32,000 nt of DNA from an uncultured Opitutales bacterium. Its GTDB lineage: Bacteria; Verrucomicrobiota; Verrucomicrobiia; Opitutales; Intestinicryptomonadaceae. This document shows, in pieces, positions 21,690 to 30,409 of this stretch. Within the stretch, counting starts at the first letter, position 1. Every line of letters begins with the position of its first letter. The position numbers and the translations under genes were made by a program. The notes under the pieces are model-generated. The model did not search any database. It was not told the DNA's origin and saw only the letters and a program-made list of their open reading frames with translations. The DNA is taken from NCBI GenBank assembly GCA_934660865.1, contig CAKUIA010000011.1, positions 30,001 to 62,000 of the forward strand, read 5' to 3'.

Positions 21690-23279
21690 ATGTTTAACTG
21701 CCCCGAAATTTTTACCACATTTAAGAACGCGATACAACTAGCCAACGACTGCCAGCTGCGCAAAATTCCGTTTTTTATTATGGTAGACTACGAAATGCAA
21801 AAGGCGGTGTTTTTGCGCGGGTGCAATTTTAAAAAATACGCAAATTTTGTGAAGTTTAGGTTCGGCAATTTTACAAACGCAGCCGCAAAAAAGGACGCAG
21901 ATTTAAACGCAACCTTAAGCGTGCTTTTGCCCGACAAGCGCAAATATTTTGCAAAATTTGAAAGGCTGCAAAATCACATAAGGCGCGGCAACTCTTTTTT
22001 GGCCAATTTAACCGAAAAGACCGAGGTTGTTTTAAACGCGTCTTTTAGCGACATTTTTTATTCCGCAAAAAGCGAATATGCGGTGTGCTTGGGCGAAGAT
22101 TTTGTATGCTTTTCGCCCGAATGCTTTGTGAAAATCAAAGGCGGCAAAATATATTCGTACCCGATGAAGGGCACAATTAACGCCGACATTCCCGACGCCG
22201 AAAGCATCTTGCTAAACGACCAAAAAGAGCTGCAAGAGCACAATACCATTGTAGACCTAATACGCAACGATTTGGCCGTTGTTGCCGACTCGGTTAAAGT
22301 GAACCGCTTTAGGTTTGCTACCCGCGTAAAACGCGCTAACAAGCCCGACATTATACAGACAAGCTCGGAAATTTCGGGCAATTTAAAGGATATTTTAATA
22401 GGCGACATTCTAAAAAACATTTTGCCCGCAGGTTCAATTTCGGGCGCGCCAAAGCCCAAAACGATAGAAATTTTACGTGAGTGCGAGGGCGAAAAAAGGG
22501 GCTTTTACACGGGCATATTCGGCTATTTCGATTCCGAAAATTTCGATTCGGCAGTTGCCATTAGGTGTATGGAAAAGTCGGGCGCAAAAACCTACTACAA
22601 AAGCGGCGGCGGCATTACCTATTTAAGCGACGCAAATTCGGAATATGCCGAAATTGCCGAGAAAATATACATTCCGCTTAAGCCGAAGTTTATAGAGACA
22701 ATAAGGGTAAAAGACGGCGTTGCCGATTTTGCCCTTAACGAAAAGCGCTACTTAAAAACCCTGCGCGACTTTTACCCCGAAGCTACGCCCGAAAATTTTT
22801 CGGAAATTGTGCGGACCAATGCAAAGCCGGGGTGCAACGGAACATACAAGCTAAGAATCGAATATTCCGACAAAATCGAAAAGGTTGAAATTGCAAAATA
22901 TGCGCCAAAAAAAATAGATTCCTTAAAGGTTGTAGAAGGCGGCGACATAAATTATGCCTACAAGTTTGTCGACAGAAGCCGCCTAAACGAAATTGCCGCC
23001 CAAAAGGGCGAGTGCGGCGATGTAATTATATGCAAAAACGGCTTTGTTTGCGATAGCTCGTACGCAAACTTGCTGTTCGAAAAGTCGGGCAAATTCTATA
23101 CGCCAAAAACCCGTTTGCTAAACGGCACAAGACTTGCAAAACTTATTGCCGAAAAGAAAGTTATGGAAACTGAAATCTGCAAAAGCGACATAAAAAATTT
23201 CGACAGCGTCTATTTTGTAAACGCAATGCTCGACATTGCCGACAACGTTAAAATTCCCGTAAAAAACGTTGTTTTTTAA
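21690..23279 (+). CDS. pabB: aminodeoxychorismate synthase component I fused to an aminodeoxychorismate lyase-like (class IV aminotransferase fold) domain
   Basis: The chorismate-binding core includes SGAPKPKTIEILRECEGEKRGFYTGIFGYFD. The C-terminal ~200 aa (FIETIRVKDG...YKLRIEY...SYANLLF...TPKTRLLNGTRLAKL) look PabC-like. I prefer the ATG at 21690 over the TTG at 21648, which lies only 9 nt after the terminator. Confidence 0.85.
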   Translation: MFNCPEIFTTFKNAIQLANDCQLRKIPFFIMVDYEMQKAVFLRGCNFKKYANFVKFRFGNFTNAAAKKDADLNATLSVLLPDKRKYFAKFERLQNHIRRGNSFLANLTEKTEVVLNASFSDIFYSAKSEYAVCLGEDFVCFSPECFVKIKGGKIYSYPMKGTINADIPDAESILLNDQKELQEHNTIVDLIRNDLAVVADSVKVNRFRFATRVKRANKPDIIQTSSEISGNLKDILIGDILKNILPAGSISGAPKPKTIEILRECEGEKRGFYTGIFGYFDSENFDSAVAIRCMEKSGAKTYYKSGGGITYLSDANSEYAEIAEKIYIPLKPKFIETIRVKDGVADFALNEKRYLKTLRDFYPEATPENFSEIVRTNAKPGCNGTYKLRIEYSDKIEKVEIAKYAPKKIDSLKVVEGGDINYAYKFVDRSRLNEIAAQKGECGDVIICKNGFVCDSSYANLLFEKSGKFYTPKTRLLNGTRLAKLIAEKKVMETEICKSDIKNFDSVYFVNAMLDIADNVKIPVKNVVF

Positions 23280-23282
23280 TGC

Positions 23283-23969
23283 CTACTTTTCGGCGCAAAT
23301 CACGGCAAAATCGAGATATTCAAAAACGCATTTGCAGTTTTTAAACCCCGCGTTTTGCAGCATATTTATGTTTTCTAAAATTGTGGCGCACCTGTCGCAT
23401 TTAAGGCGCGTTCTTGCAACCGCGGCCTCTTCGGGCGTCATATACTTTAAAATTAAGTCTTCGCGGGCTTGGGCGTTCCTTTTTATTTCAAATTGGTCTT
23501 TGCCCAGAATTTGCTCGGCGTTTACAAAAACAGCGCCTTCTTTAAGCGAGGCGTAAATGTTGTTGTATAATGCCTGCTTTTGCGGGTTTTCTATGTGGTG
23601 TATGGCCAGCGCCGAAACTACCGCGTTGTAGGCATTGTGCGGCAAATCGGGCTTTGTAAAGTCGGCAACCTTAAAGGAAACGTTTTTGTTTTCGCCGAAG
23701 CGCTTTTTTGCAACTTCAAGCATTTTGTCGGAAATATCGCTACATTCAATTTCGGCAAATGGCAGGCGTTCCAGCACTTTTGCGGCCAAAATCCCCGTGC
23801 CGCAGCCTATGTCTATAATCCTTGCATTTTCGGGCAGGCTTTTAAGCGCATTTACCGCCGCGCTGTAAAATTCGTCGAAGCACGGTATTAAGTTGCGCCT
23901 TTGCGAGTCGTATATTTTTGATATTTTCGAAAACTGCTCTTTGGTGTTCATACTTAAAGTATATGGCAA
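23283..23969 (-). CDS. class I SAM-dependent methyltransferase
   Basis: 228 aa. Motif I is IIDIGCGTGILAAKVLE. The substrate is unknown. Confidence 0.85.
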   Translation of the reverse strand: MPYTLSMNTKEQFSKISKIYDSQRRNLIPCFDEFYSAAVNALKSLPENARIIDIGCGTGILAAKVLERLPFAEIECSDISDKMLEVAKKRFGENKNVSFKVADFTKPDLPHNAYNAVVSALAIHHIENPQKQALYNNIYASLKEGAVFVNAEQILGKDQFEIKRNAQAREDLILKYMTPEEAAVARTRLKCDRCATILENINMLQNAGFKNCKCVFEYLDFAVICAEK

Positions 23970-24060
23970 TTTTTTTAAGATAATGCAAAATTTTTAGACA
24001 AATAAAATTGACGTATATTTCCGAAAAAACCAACATAAAAGAAAAAACCGTATCGTATAT

Positions 24061-25407
24061 ATGAAAAGAAGAAATTTTGTAAAAGGTTTGGCCTCTTTGC
24101 CTGCTTTGGGCTTTGCGGGGTGTGTAAGCAATGCAGTTGCCGCGGGCAATTTAAAATGCGAAGCCAGTTTCGACGTTGTTGTAGTTGGCGGCGGTACTGC
24201 CGGCACAATAGCGGCGCTGCAGGCGGCCAGATTGGGGGCAAAAACGCTTGTTGTAGAGCGCGCTTCGCAGCTTGGAGGGACAATGACAACTGCGGGTGTA
24301 AACTTCCCCGGGCTTTTCCATATAAACGAAAAGCAGATTATTGCCGGCATTGGCTGGGAGCTTGTCTGCAAGGCTGTAAGGGAAAATTCCGACAGCCTGC
24401 CCGAATTTAAAAAGCAAAAAAGACACTGGCAAAACCAGATAAGGGTAAACGACTATCTTTATGCGTGTTTGGCCGAAGAGGAGCTGATAAAGGCAAACGC
24501 CGAAATTTTGTATTACAGCTATCCCGAAAAAATCGAGGAGGCCGAAAACGGGTATAGGCTTTACTTAAGCTCGTCGTTCGGGCGCGGGTGCATTTTTGCG
24601 AAAAAGGTAATAGACTGCACTGCAAGCGCAAGCGCCGCCGCCTTGGCGGGCTACGAAAGAATGCGCGAAGCGCGCCGCTCGCCCGGCACTCTCGTTTTTA
24701 GGATAGGCAATTTCAATTTAAAAGATGTAGACTTAAAAGCGGTGCGCAAAAACTACAACGAGGCCGTAGCGCAGGGCAAACTCGGCAAAAAGGATATTTG
24801 GACAAGCATAGAGCACCTGATTGCCGAGCGCGGCGAAAACTGCCTGTATGTTAAAGACGCCGACAATTCCACCCCGCTTGCATTTTCGAAAAGCAATATT
24901 TTCGGCCGCAAAATTTTGTTGGGAATTTTCAGGTTCCTAAAAACCCAAAAGGGGCTTGAAAACCTTAAAATGGAAATGATAAAAACCGAAGTTGGCGTGC
25001 GCGAAACATACAAAGTTGTGGGCGAAAAGGTGATGACTATAGAGGAATATGCCTCGGGCAAACTTTTCGGCGACAGCCTTTGCTATTCGTTTTACCCCAT
25101 AGATTTGCACGATGTTAACGGGCTAAAAACAATACACCTAAAAGACGGTGTTTTCCCCGCAATTCCGCTTTCGATACTAACGCCTAAGGGCGCAAAAAAT
25201 ATGCTGGTTGCAGGCCGCTGCGCCAGCGCCGACAGATACGCAAGCTCCGCCATGCGCGTTCAGGCTTCGTGCATGGCAATGGGGCAGGTGGCAGGCTGCG
25301 TAAGCGCGCTGGCCGCGCTAAAAAATATAGACAATACCAAGCTTGATTTGCTTGAGGTTCGCAAAACCCTAAAAGAGCACAAAGCCATTGTTCCTCCCCA
25401 AGTTTAG
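24061..25407 (+). CDS. FAD-dependent oxidoreductase with Tat-type signal and lipobox
   Basis: 448 aa. Signal MKRRNFVKGLASLPALGFAGC, then the dinucleotide-binding motif DVVVVGGGTAGTIAALQAARLGAKTLVVE. Confidence 0.85.
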   Translation: MKRRNFVKGLASLPALGFAGCVSNAVAAGNLKCEASFDVVVVGGGTAGTIAALQAARLGAKTLVVERASQLGGTMTTAGVNFPGLFHINEKQIIAGIGWELVCKAVRENSDSLPEFKKQKRHWQNQIRVNDYLYACLAEEELIKANAEILYYSYPEKIEEAENGYRLYLSSSFGRGCIFAKKVIDCTASASAAALAGYERMREARRSPGTLVFRIGNFNLKDVDLKAVRKNYNEAVAQGKLGKKDIWTSIEHLIAERGENCLYVKDADNSTPLAFSKSNIFGRKILLGIFRFLKTQKGLENLKMEMIKTEVGVRETYKVVGEKVMTIEEYASGKLFGDSLCYSFYPIDLHDVNGLKTIHLKDGVFPAIPLSILTPKGAKNMLVAGRCASADRYASSAMRVQASCMAMGQVAGCVSALAALKNIDNTKLDLLEVRKTLKEHKAIVPPQV

Positions 25408-25422
25408 GGGGTGTGTTTACCG

Positions 25423-25467
25423 CAAAAAAAACGCCGCAAAGCACAATTTCGTTTGCGGCGTTTTTTG
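25423..25467. terminator. bidirectional rho-independent terminator between convergent genes
   Basis: 10-bp stem ACGCCGCAAA / TTTGCGGCGT with an 11-nt loop, flanked by an A-run upstream and a T-run downstream. Confidence 0.85.
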
Positions 25468-25484
25468 TTTATTTTGGGTTTTTG

Positions 25485-26807
25485 CTATTTAATTTCCTTT
25501 ACAAGGCTTAGCGAATTGTCGAATGCCAGTTCGCTTTGTTTTGCCAATTTTTCGAATTCGCCTTTTACGAATTTTTCCTTTTCGGCAAGCTGCTTTATGC
25601 GCATATCAAGCATTTTTACGTTGCCCAAAAAGAATTGCGATTGCGAGAAAAGCGAAATGCCCTGCACAAGCAAATTTTCGGCGTTTTGGGCTTCGCTTTC
25701 GGCTTGCAGGCGCTCGTTTTCGTAGGCCGCGCATATTGCGTTTGCGTTTTGCGCCGCCTTGTTTAAAACGCGCGTTGCATACTCTATTTGCGCAAAATCC
25801 CGGATAATTTTGCCTGTATCGTAGGCCGCGCTTTCGCTTTCAAATTTAGCGTCTTTATACGAGGCCGACATTGGCAACTGCGAATTTGCCGACTTTGAAA
25901 GATAGCGGTTTTTTGCTTTTGTGGCCAAGGCAATCGAATCGCTTTCGGTGCAGGCCGAAAAGCCGAAAGGCGACGAGTTTAAGCTTGTGTCGCAATCTTG
26001 AAATTTTGACGGGTTATTTATGTATGCCCTTGTAAATTCGGTAAAGGCCGCAAGTGTTTGCGCCCTTGTGTATGCCTCCTTTTCGGAAAGGGCTGCATAG
26101 CTTTTTTGCAGCGCCTTTAATGCCGCCTTTGCGCCGTCAAAACTTTTTTTCATTTTGCCGAATTTTTCGCTTTGGCCATCCATTGCGCTTTGCGCTTTTT
26201 GGGCATAGCTTTTTGCGCTTGCCAACGACGACGCTGCGCCCTCGGTTGCAACCGCGTTCATCGGGGCCGTAAGCATGTACGACACCGCGCGTTTTTGCGC
26301 GTAGCTAAGCGAGTTTACCGCCGCATTGAAATTCGACTTTACAATTTCAAACTGCCTTTTGTTCTGGAAATTTTCGCCGGGGGCGGCCATTACGGTTTTC
26401 TCGGTTTCGGCAATTTTGTCTTTTGCCGATTGTATTGCGTCTTTCGAAAAGTCGTATATGTTGGCGACGCTTTTCAGCTTGTCGGCAAATTCGCCCAAAG
26501 CCTTTTTGTGCCCCGCCAAGTTGCCTTCGGTTTTTTCCAGATTGCAGTTGAAAGCCTTAAGCGATTTCTCGAATTCGCACAGCTGCTTTTTGTAGTCGGC
26601 ATAAAGCTTTTGGGTAGAGGAATACGCCGAGGAGAAATCCTGCGCCATATTGTAGGCGTTGTTTTTTGTCTCTATTGCAGAATTGAATTTTGCGGCCGCC
26701 GCGCTTGGTGTTGCCTGCGGTTTTGCAGCCGTTTGTGCAAACGCGCACGAGCACAGCAACAGTGCCGATACAAATAAAAATTGGGTATGTAAATATTGTC
26801 TTTTCAT
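25485..26807 (-). CDS. secreted or lipid-anchored alpha-helical protein of unknown function
   Basis: I prefer the ATG at 26807 (MKRQYLHTQFLFVSALLLCSCAFAQ signal peptide) over the TTG at 26813. The rest is Ala/Lys/Glu/Ser-rich and helical. No motif recognised. Confidence 0.7.
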   Translation of the reverse strand: MKRQYLHTQFLFVSALLLCSCAFAQTAAKPQATPSAAAAKFNSAIETKNNAYNMAQDFSSAYSSTQKLYADYKKQLCEFEKSLKAFNCNLEKTEGNLAGHKKALGEFADKLKSVANIYDFSKDAIQSAKDKIAETEKTVMAAPGENFQNKRQFEIVKSNFNAAVNSLSYAQKRAVSYMLTAPMNAVATEGAASSLASAKSYAQKAQSAMDGQSEKFGKMKKSFDGAKAALKALQKSYAALSEKEAYTRAQTLAAFTEFTRAYINNPSKFQDCDTSLNSSPFGFSACTESDSIALATKAKNRYLSKSANSQLPMSASYKDAKFESESAAYDTGKIIRDFAQIEYATRVLNKAAQNANAICAAYENERLQAESEAQNAENLLVQGISLFSQSQFFLGNVKMLDMRIKQLAEKEKFVKGEFEKLAKQSELAFDNSLSLVKEIK

Positions 26808-26879
26808 ACCCAAAATTATACGGAATTTTTCCGCAATTTGTAAAGCCCATTAAGGGCAAATTTTTTCAAAAATGTCCAA

Positions 26880-27656
26880 CTAAGACTTGGGTATTGCAAG
26901 CGAATTTTTTTCGGCAAATTTCGCAAAGTCTTCGGTTGGAGGCGCCGTAAACGAAAAGTCCTTTATGGCCGCGCTTAAGTCCAGCTTAAAAGCGTGCAGG
27001 GCCTGCCTTTTCATCGGCAAAAGTTTTGCCATTTCGGCGGTAAAACCCTTTTCGATAAAGTCCAGATACAAAGTTTCGTCGGGTCCGTATATTTTGTCGC
27101 CCACAACGGGGTAGCCCAGCCATTGGGCGTGTACTCTAATTTGATGCTTGCGCCCCGTAATAATCCTTACCTTGCAAAGAGTGTAGTTGTTGGCAACGCT
27201 TTGGGGGGTAAAATAGGTACACGCCTTTTTGGCTGTGGTTTTGCGCATTGCGCACATTTGCTTTATGGCCACAAGCGAATTTTTGTCTTCTATAAGCGGC
27301 TGCGAAACGGTTGCCGAAAAGTTCATGGAGCCCTGCAAAATGGCCAAATATTCTTTTTTTGCCAAGCCGTGCTCCAGGGCTCGCTGCGCAACCGACGCCG
27401 CCTTTTTGTGCTTTGCAAGAACTACAATGCCGCTGGTTTCCCTGTCTAGCCTGCTTACCAAATGCAGCGAATCCAGCTTTGTATATACGCGGCTAGCCCC
27501 CACTAAACTGGAAAGGTCGCCGTTTTTTGATGGGTGGCAAACAAGCCAGCCGGGTTTGTTCAAAACAAGGTAGTCGGCGTCTTCGTATATAATCCACTTG
27601 GGAAATTCGTTTATGTCTACAAGCGGGGCTTCTTCGCCGAAGGGGTCGTGCGTCAT
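26880..27656 (-). CDS. RluA-family pseudouridine synthase
   Basis: 258 aa. Catalytic motif VSRLDRETSGIVVLAK, plus HQIRVH. Confidence 0.9.
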   Translation of the reverse strand: MTHDPFGEEAPLVDINEFPKWIIYEDADYLVLNKPGWLVCHPSKNGDLSSLVGASRVYTKLDSLHLVSRLDRETSGIVVLAKHKKAASVAQRALEHGLAKKEYLAILQGSMNFSATVSQPLIEDKNSLVAIKQMCAMRKTTAKKACTYFTPQSVANNYTLCKVRIITGRKHQIRVHAQWLGYPVVGDKIYGPDETLYLDFIEKGFTAEMAKLLPMKRQALHAFKLDLSAAIKDFSFTAPPTEDFAKFAEKNSLAIPKS

Positions 27657-28369
27657 AATTTTTCGCCCTCCATTATGGAAACGCTGTTTAGCGAGGTTAA
27701 AAAGTAGCGTCTTTTAAAGTTGCAAAAGTTTGCCTTTTTAAACATTTCCTCCATTTTTGCGCCGTCGGGGAAAAGCTTTGCCGTTTTCGAAAGATAAATG
27801 TAGTCGTCTTTGTTCGAGCCCGCAAAAGCCGCAATTTGCGGGGTTATTTTGTCCATAAAAAACGACACGATTTTGCCCGACAAACTTTTCGAAAGCGCAA
27901 CCTCCAAAATAAACAGTTTGCCGCCTTTTTTCAGAACGCGGTTAAATTCCGCAAGGCACTTTTGGCGGTCCTGAAAATTCCTGAACCCGAACGCCACGGT
28001 AATCGCGCCGAATGTATTGTCGGCAAAGGCGTGCAGGTCTAAGCAGTCGCACTCGGCAAATTCGGCGTTTTTAAACGCCGCCAATTTGGATTTTGCCAGC
28101 CGCAATAGCTCGGGGCAAAAATCGGCGCATACAACGCCGCGGGGCAGCCCGACTTTCAGCGCCGAAAGCGCCACGTCGCCGCTGCCGCAGGCCGCGTCCA
28201 GCAAGGGGGCGTTTGAGCATAGCTTTGCCGCCTTTTTTGCCAAGACATTGCGCCAATATTTGTCCAGCCCAAAGCACATAAGGCGGTTTGCCCTGTCGTA
28301 GTTTTCGGCAATGCCCGAAAACATTTTTTTTACCTCTTCGGGATTCCTCTTTTCGAAATTATTGTTCAT
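27653..28369 (-). CDS. ubiE: demethylmenaquinone/ubiquinone C-methyltransferase (UbiE/MenG family)
   Basis: 238 aa. N-terminal FSGIAENYDRANRLMCFGLDKYWR signature and the SAM motif LDAACGSGDVAL. Confidence 0.85.
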   Translation of the reverse strand: MNNNFEKRNPEEVKKMFSGIAENYDRANRLMCFGLDKYWRNVLAKKAAKLCSNAPLLDAACGSGDVALSALKVGLPRGVVCADFCPELLRLAKSKLAAFKNAEFAECDCLDLHAFADNTFGAITVAFGFRNFQDRQKCLAEFNRVLKKGGKLFILEVALSKSLSGKIVSFFMDKITPQIAAFAGSNKDDYIYLSKTAKLFPDGAKMEEMFKKANFCNFKRRYFLTSLNSVSIMEGEKL

Positions 28370-29951
28370 TTTTCTTTTCGTTGAACGAGCTTACAACCCA
28401 CTTCGACAAAGTTTCGTCGGGGTTTTTAACCGTCTGGGCGTCTATTGTAAATTTCGTCTTTTTGTTGTTTCTCGAAATTATCGACAATGCGTGCTTAAAG
28501 TCCTTGAACTTTTCGGCGCACAATGTGGAAACTTCCTTGTCGCATTCGGCGGCCTCGGCTATTATTTCCCTTTGCGCCCCCTCGTCGAATTCAAGCTTAA
28601 AGCCCGTTTCGCTTTCGAAAGCGGCCGCAAATTTCGAGATGTCCTTTTCCAGCACGCTTCGGCGCAAAGGTTCCGAATTTTCCAAAATTTCCTTCAAATA
28701 CTCCTTCGGGTTTTCGAGGGTGTCGGTTGTAATTTCGAACCTTGTAATGCCCGCGCTTGGCAGCTCGAATTTAAAGTCGCGCAAGAGCTTTTCCATTACG
28801 GTAAGCAGGCCGCGCGCGCCCGTCTTTTCAAGATAGGCCTTTTCGGCTATTTTGTCGATTGCCTCTTTTGTTATTTCAAAGTCTATGCCGTAGCCCTCGA
28901 AATCGCGCGTGTACTGCTTTAAAATCGAGCCTTCCGACGACTTTAAAATGTCGGCAAGGTCTTTTGCCGTAAGGGCGTCGCACGCAACCCTTACCGGAAG
29001 CCTGCCTATAAATTCGGCCTCGAAACCGTATTTTACAAAGTCCTGCGTTTCGGCAAATTTCAGGTATTCGCTAGGGTCTTTGTCCGACAATTCGCTTTCG
29101 GTGCCGAAACCTATTGTGCCTTTATTGAAGCGCTTTGCTATGTTTTCGGAAAGCTTGTCGAAAGCGCCGCTTACAATAAACAGAATGTGGCGCGTGTTTA
29201 TGGTGCGCTTTTTGGATTTGCCGTCGTCGGCCATCATCTGCATTTGCGCCATCATATCCTGCGGGCTTAGAACGTTTACGTTCGAGTCTTCCATAAGCTT
29301 TAGCAGGTTTATCTGCACGCCGCGTCCCGAAACGTCTTTGCCGCGCGGGTCGGCGCTGCCGGCAATCTTGTCGATTTCGTCTATGTATATTATGCCGTAT
29401 TGGGCTATGTCTACATTGCCGTTTGCGGTTTTCACCAAATCGCGCACAAGGTCTTCAACGTCGCCGCCAATGTAGCCCGTTTCCGAGAATTTTGTGGCGT
29501 CGGCCTTTACAAAGGGAACCCCTATAAGCTTTGCTATTGTGCGCATTAAATAGGTTTTGCCCACGCCCGTAGGCCCCAAAATAAGTATGTTGGGCTTGTT
29601 GTATTCGGCGTCTTTAAGCTTGGGGTTTTGCAGGCAGCGCCTCACATGGTTGTAGTGGTCGCATATTGCAACCGACAAAACTTTTTTCGCCTCCTCCTGC
29701 TTTATGACGTATTTGTTCAGAAAATCCCTGATTTCCTTAGGCTTCATCGAAAAGTTGCGGATATTTTCCAAAACCTTGTTAGCCTCGTCGTCGCCTTCGG
29801 GCTTGGATTGTGCGTTTCTCGTAAATTGCGGGCGCTCAACCTTTATGTTTGTGCCCTTAAAAAGATTTTCCAACTGCCTTTGAATTTCGTCGATTGGATT
29901 GCCTGTTTCTTTGCCGTTGTTTTCGGGCGTATTGTTTTTGTCGTTTTCCAT
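28359..29951 (-). CDS. ClpX-family AAA+ unfoldase paralogue lacking the N-terminal zinc-binding domain
   Basis: 530 aa. Contains PKEIRDFLNKYVIKQEEAKKVLSVAICDHYNH, Walker A GPTGVGKT, pore loop GYIG, Walker B IIYIDEIDK, an IGF loop (GTIGFGT) and sensor TGARGL. No cysteine occurs in the first ~95 residues. About 110 extra C-terminal residues. Confidence 0.85.
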   Translation of the reverse strand: MENDKNNTPENNGKETGNPIDEIQRQLENLFKGTNIKVERPQFTRNAQSKPEGDDEANKVLENIRNFSMKPKEIRDFLNKYVIKQEEAKKVLSVAICDHYNHVRRCLQNPKLKDAEYNKPNILILGPTGVGKTYLMRTIAKLIGVPFVKADATKFSETGYIGGDVEDLVRDLVKTANGNVDIAQYGIIYIDEIDKIAGSADPRGKDVSGRGVQINLLKLMEDSNVNVLSPQDMMAQMQMMADDGKSKKRTINTRHILFIVSGAFDKLSENIAKRFNKGTIGFGTESELSDKDPSEYLKFAETQDFVKYGFEAEFIGRLPVRVACDALTAKDLADILKSSEGSILKQYTRDFEGYGIDFEITKEAIDKIAEKAYLEKTGARGLLTVMEKLLRDFKFELPSAGITRFEITTDTLENPKEYLKEILENSEPLRRSVLEKDISKFAAAFESETGFKLEFDEGAQREIIAEAAECDKEVSTLCAEKFKDFKHALSIISRNNKKTKFTIDAQTVKNPDETLSKWVVSSFNEKKNEQ

Positions 29952-30047
29952 AAAATCTGCTTGTTTTGCTTGACTTGAATGTTGAAAAAACCCAAGATCA
30001 GCGGTTTAATTTTTATTACACATTCTTATTTAAAAACGAAAAACGCA

Positions 30048-30404
30048 ATGCAAAACCTAACAAAAAGAGAAATTGTCCACACAATATACGAATCTAAAGA
30101 AGAATGCAAACAGGGTTTCGTTCTTCAGAACGACGTAAAAGATATCGTTCAAAAAACTTTGGATATAATTCGCGATTCGTTGGTTCAGGGCAGAAATGTG
30201 GAACTGCGCAACTTCGGCGTGCTTGAAGTTCAGGTTCGCAAGCCCAGAATTGGCCGCAACCCCACAAAGCCCGAAACAGACATTGAAATTCCCAAAAGGG
30301 CTATCGTAAAATTTAAAGCGGGCAAAGAAATGAAGGCAGCCCTAAGCAAGCTTAACTTGGCAACGGTTGAAACGTCTAAGGCCGCCAGAGCAAGAGGAAA
30401 ATAG
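30048..30404 (+). CDS. HU/IHF-family DNA-binding protein
   Basis: I prefer the ATG at 30048 (MQNLTKREIV). Contains LRNFGVLEVQVRKPRIGRNPTKPETDIEIPKRAIVKFKAGKEMK, an IHF/HU arm motif. Confidence 0.85.
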   Translation: MQNLTKREIVHTIYESKEECKQGFVLQNDVKDIVQKTLDIIRDSLVQGRNVELRNFGVLEVQVRKPRIGRNPTKPETDIEIPKRAIVKFKAGKEMKAALSKLNLATVETSKAARARGK

Positions 30405-30409
30405 GCCGT

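Noticed and set aside
20806-21763. Minus-strand ORFs 20806-21129 (107 aa), 21192-21416 and 21275-21763 (162 aa) spanning the junction and the cupin gene
   Set aside because: They overlap the well-supported 121-aa and cupin genes on the opposite strand or cross a terminator and the AT-rich intergenic DNA. Their translations are implausible.
29979-30047. N-terminal 23-codon extension of the HU/IHF gene in the ORF track (TTG-type start at 29979)
   Set aside because: The extension (MLKKPKISGLIFITHSYLKTKNA) is not HU-like. The ATG at 30048 gives a standard-length HU/IHF N-terminus (MQNLTKREIV).
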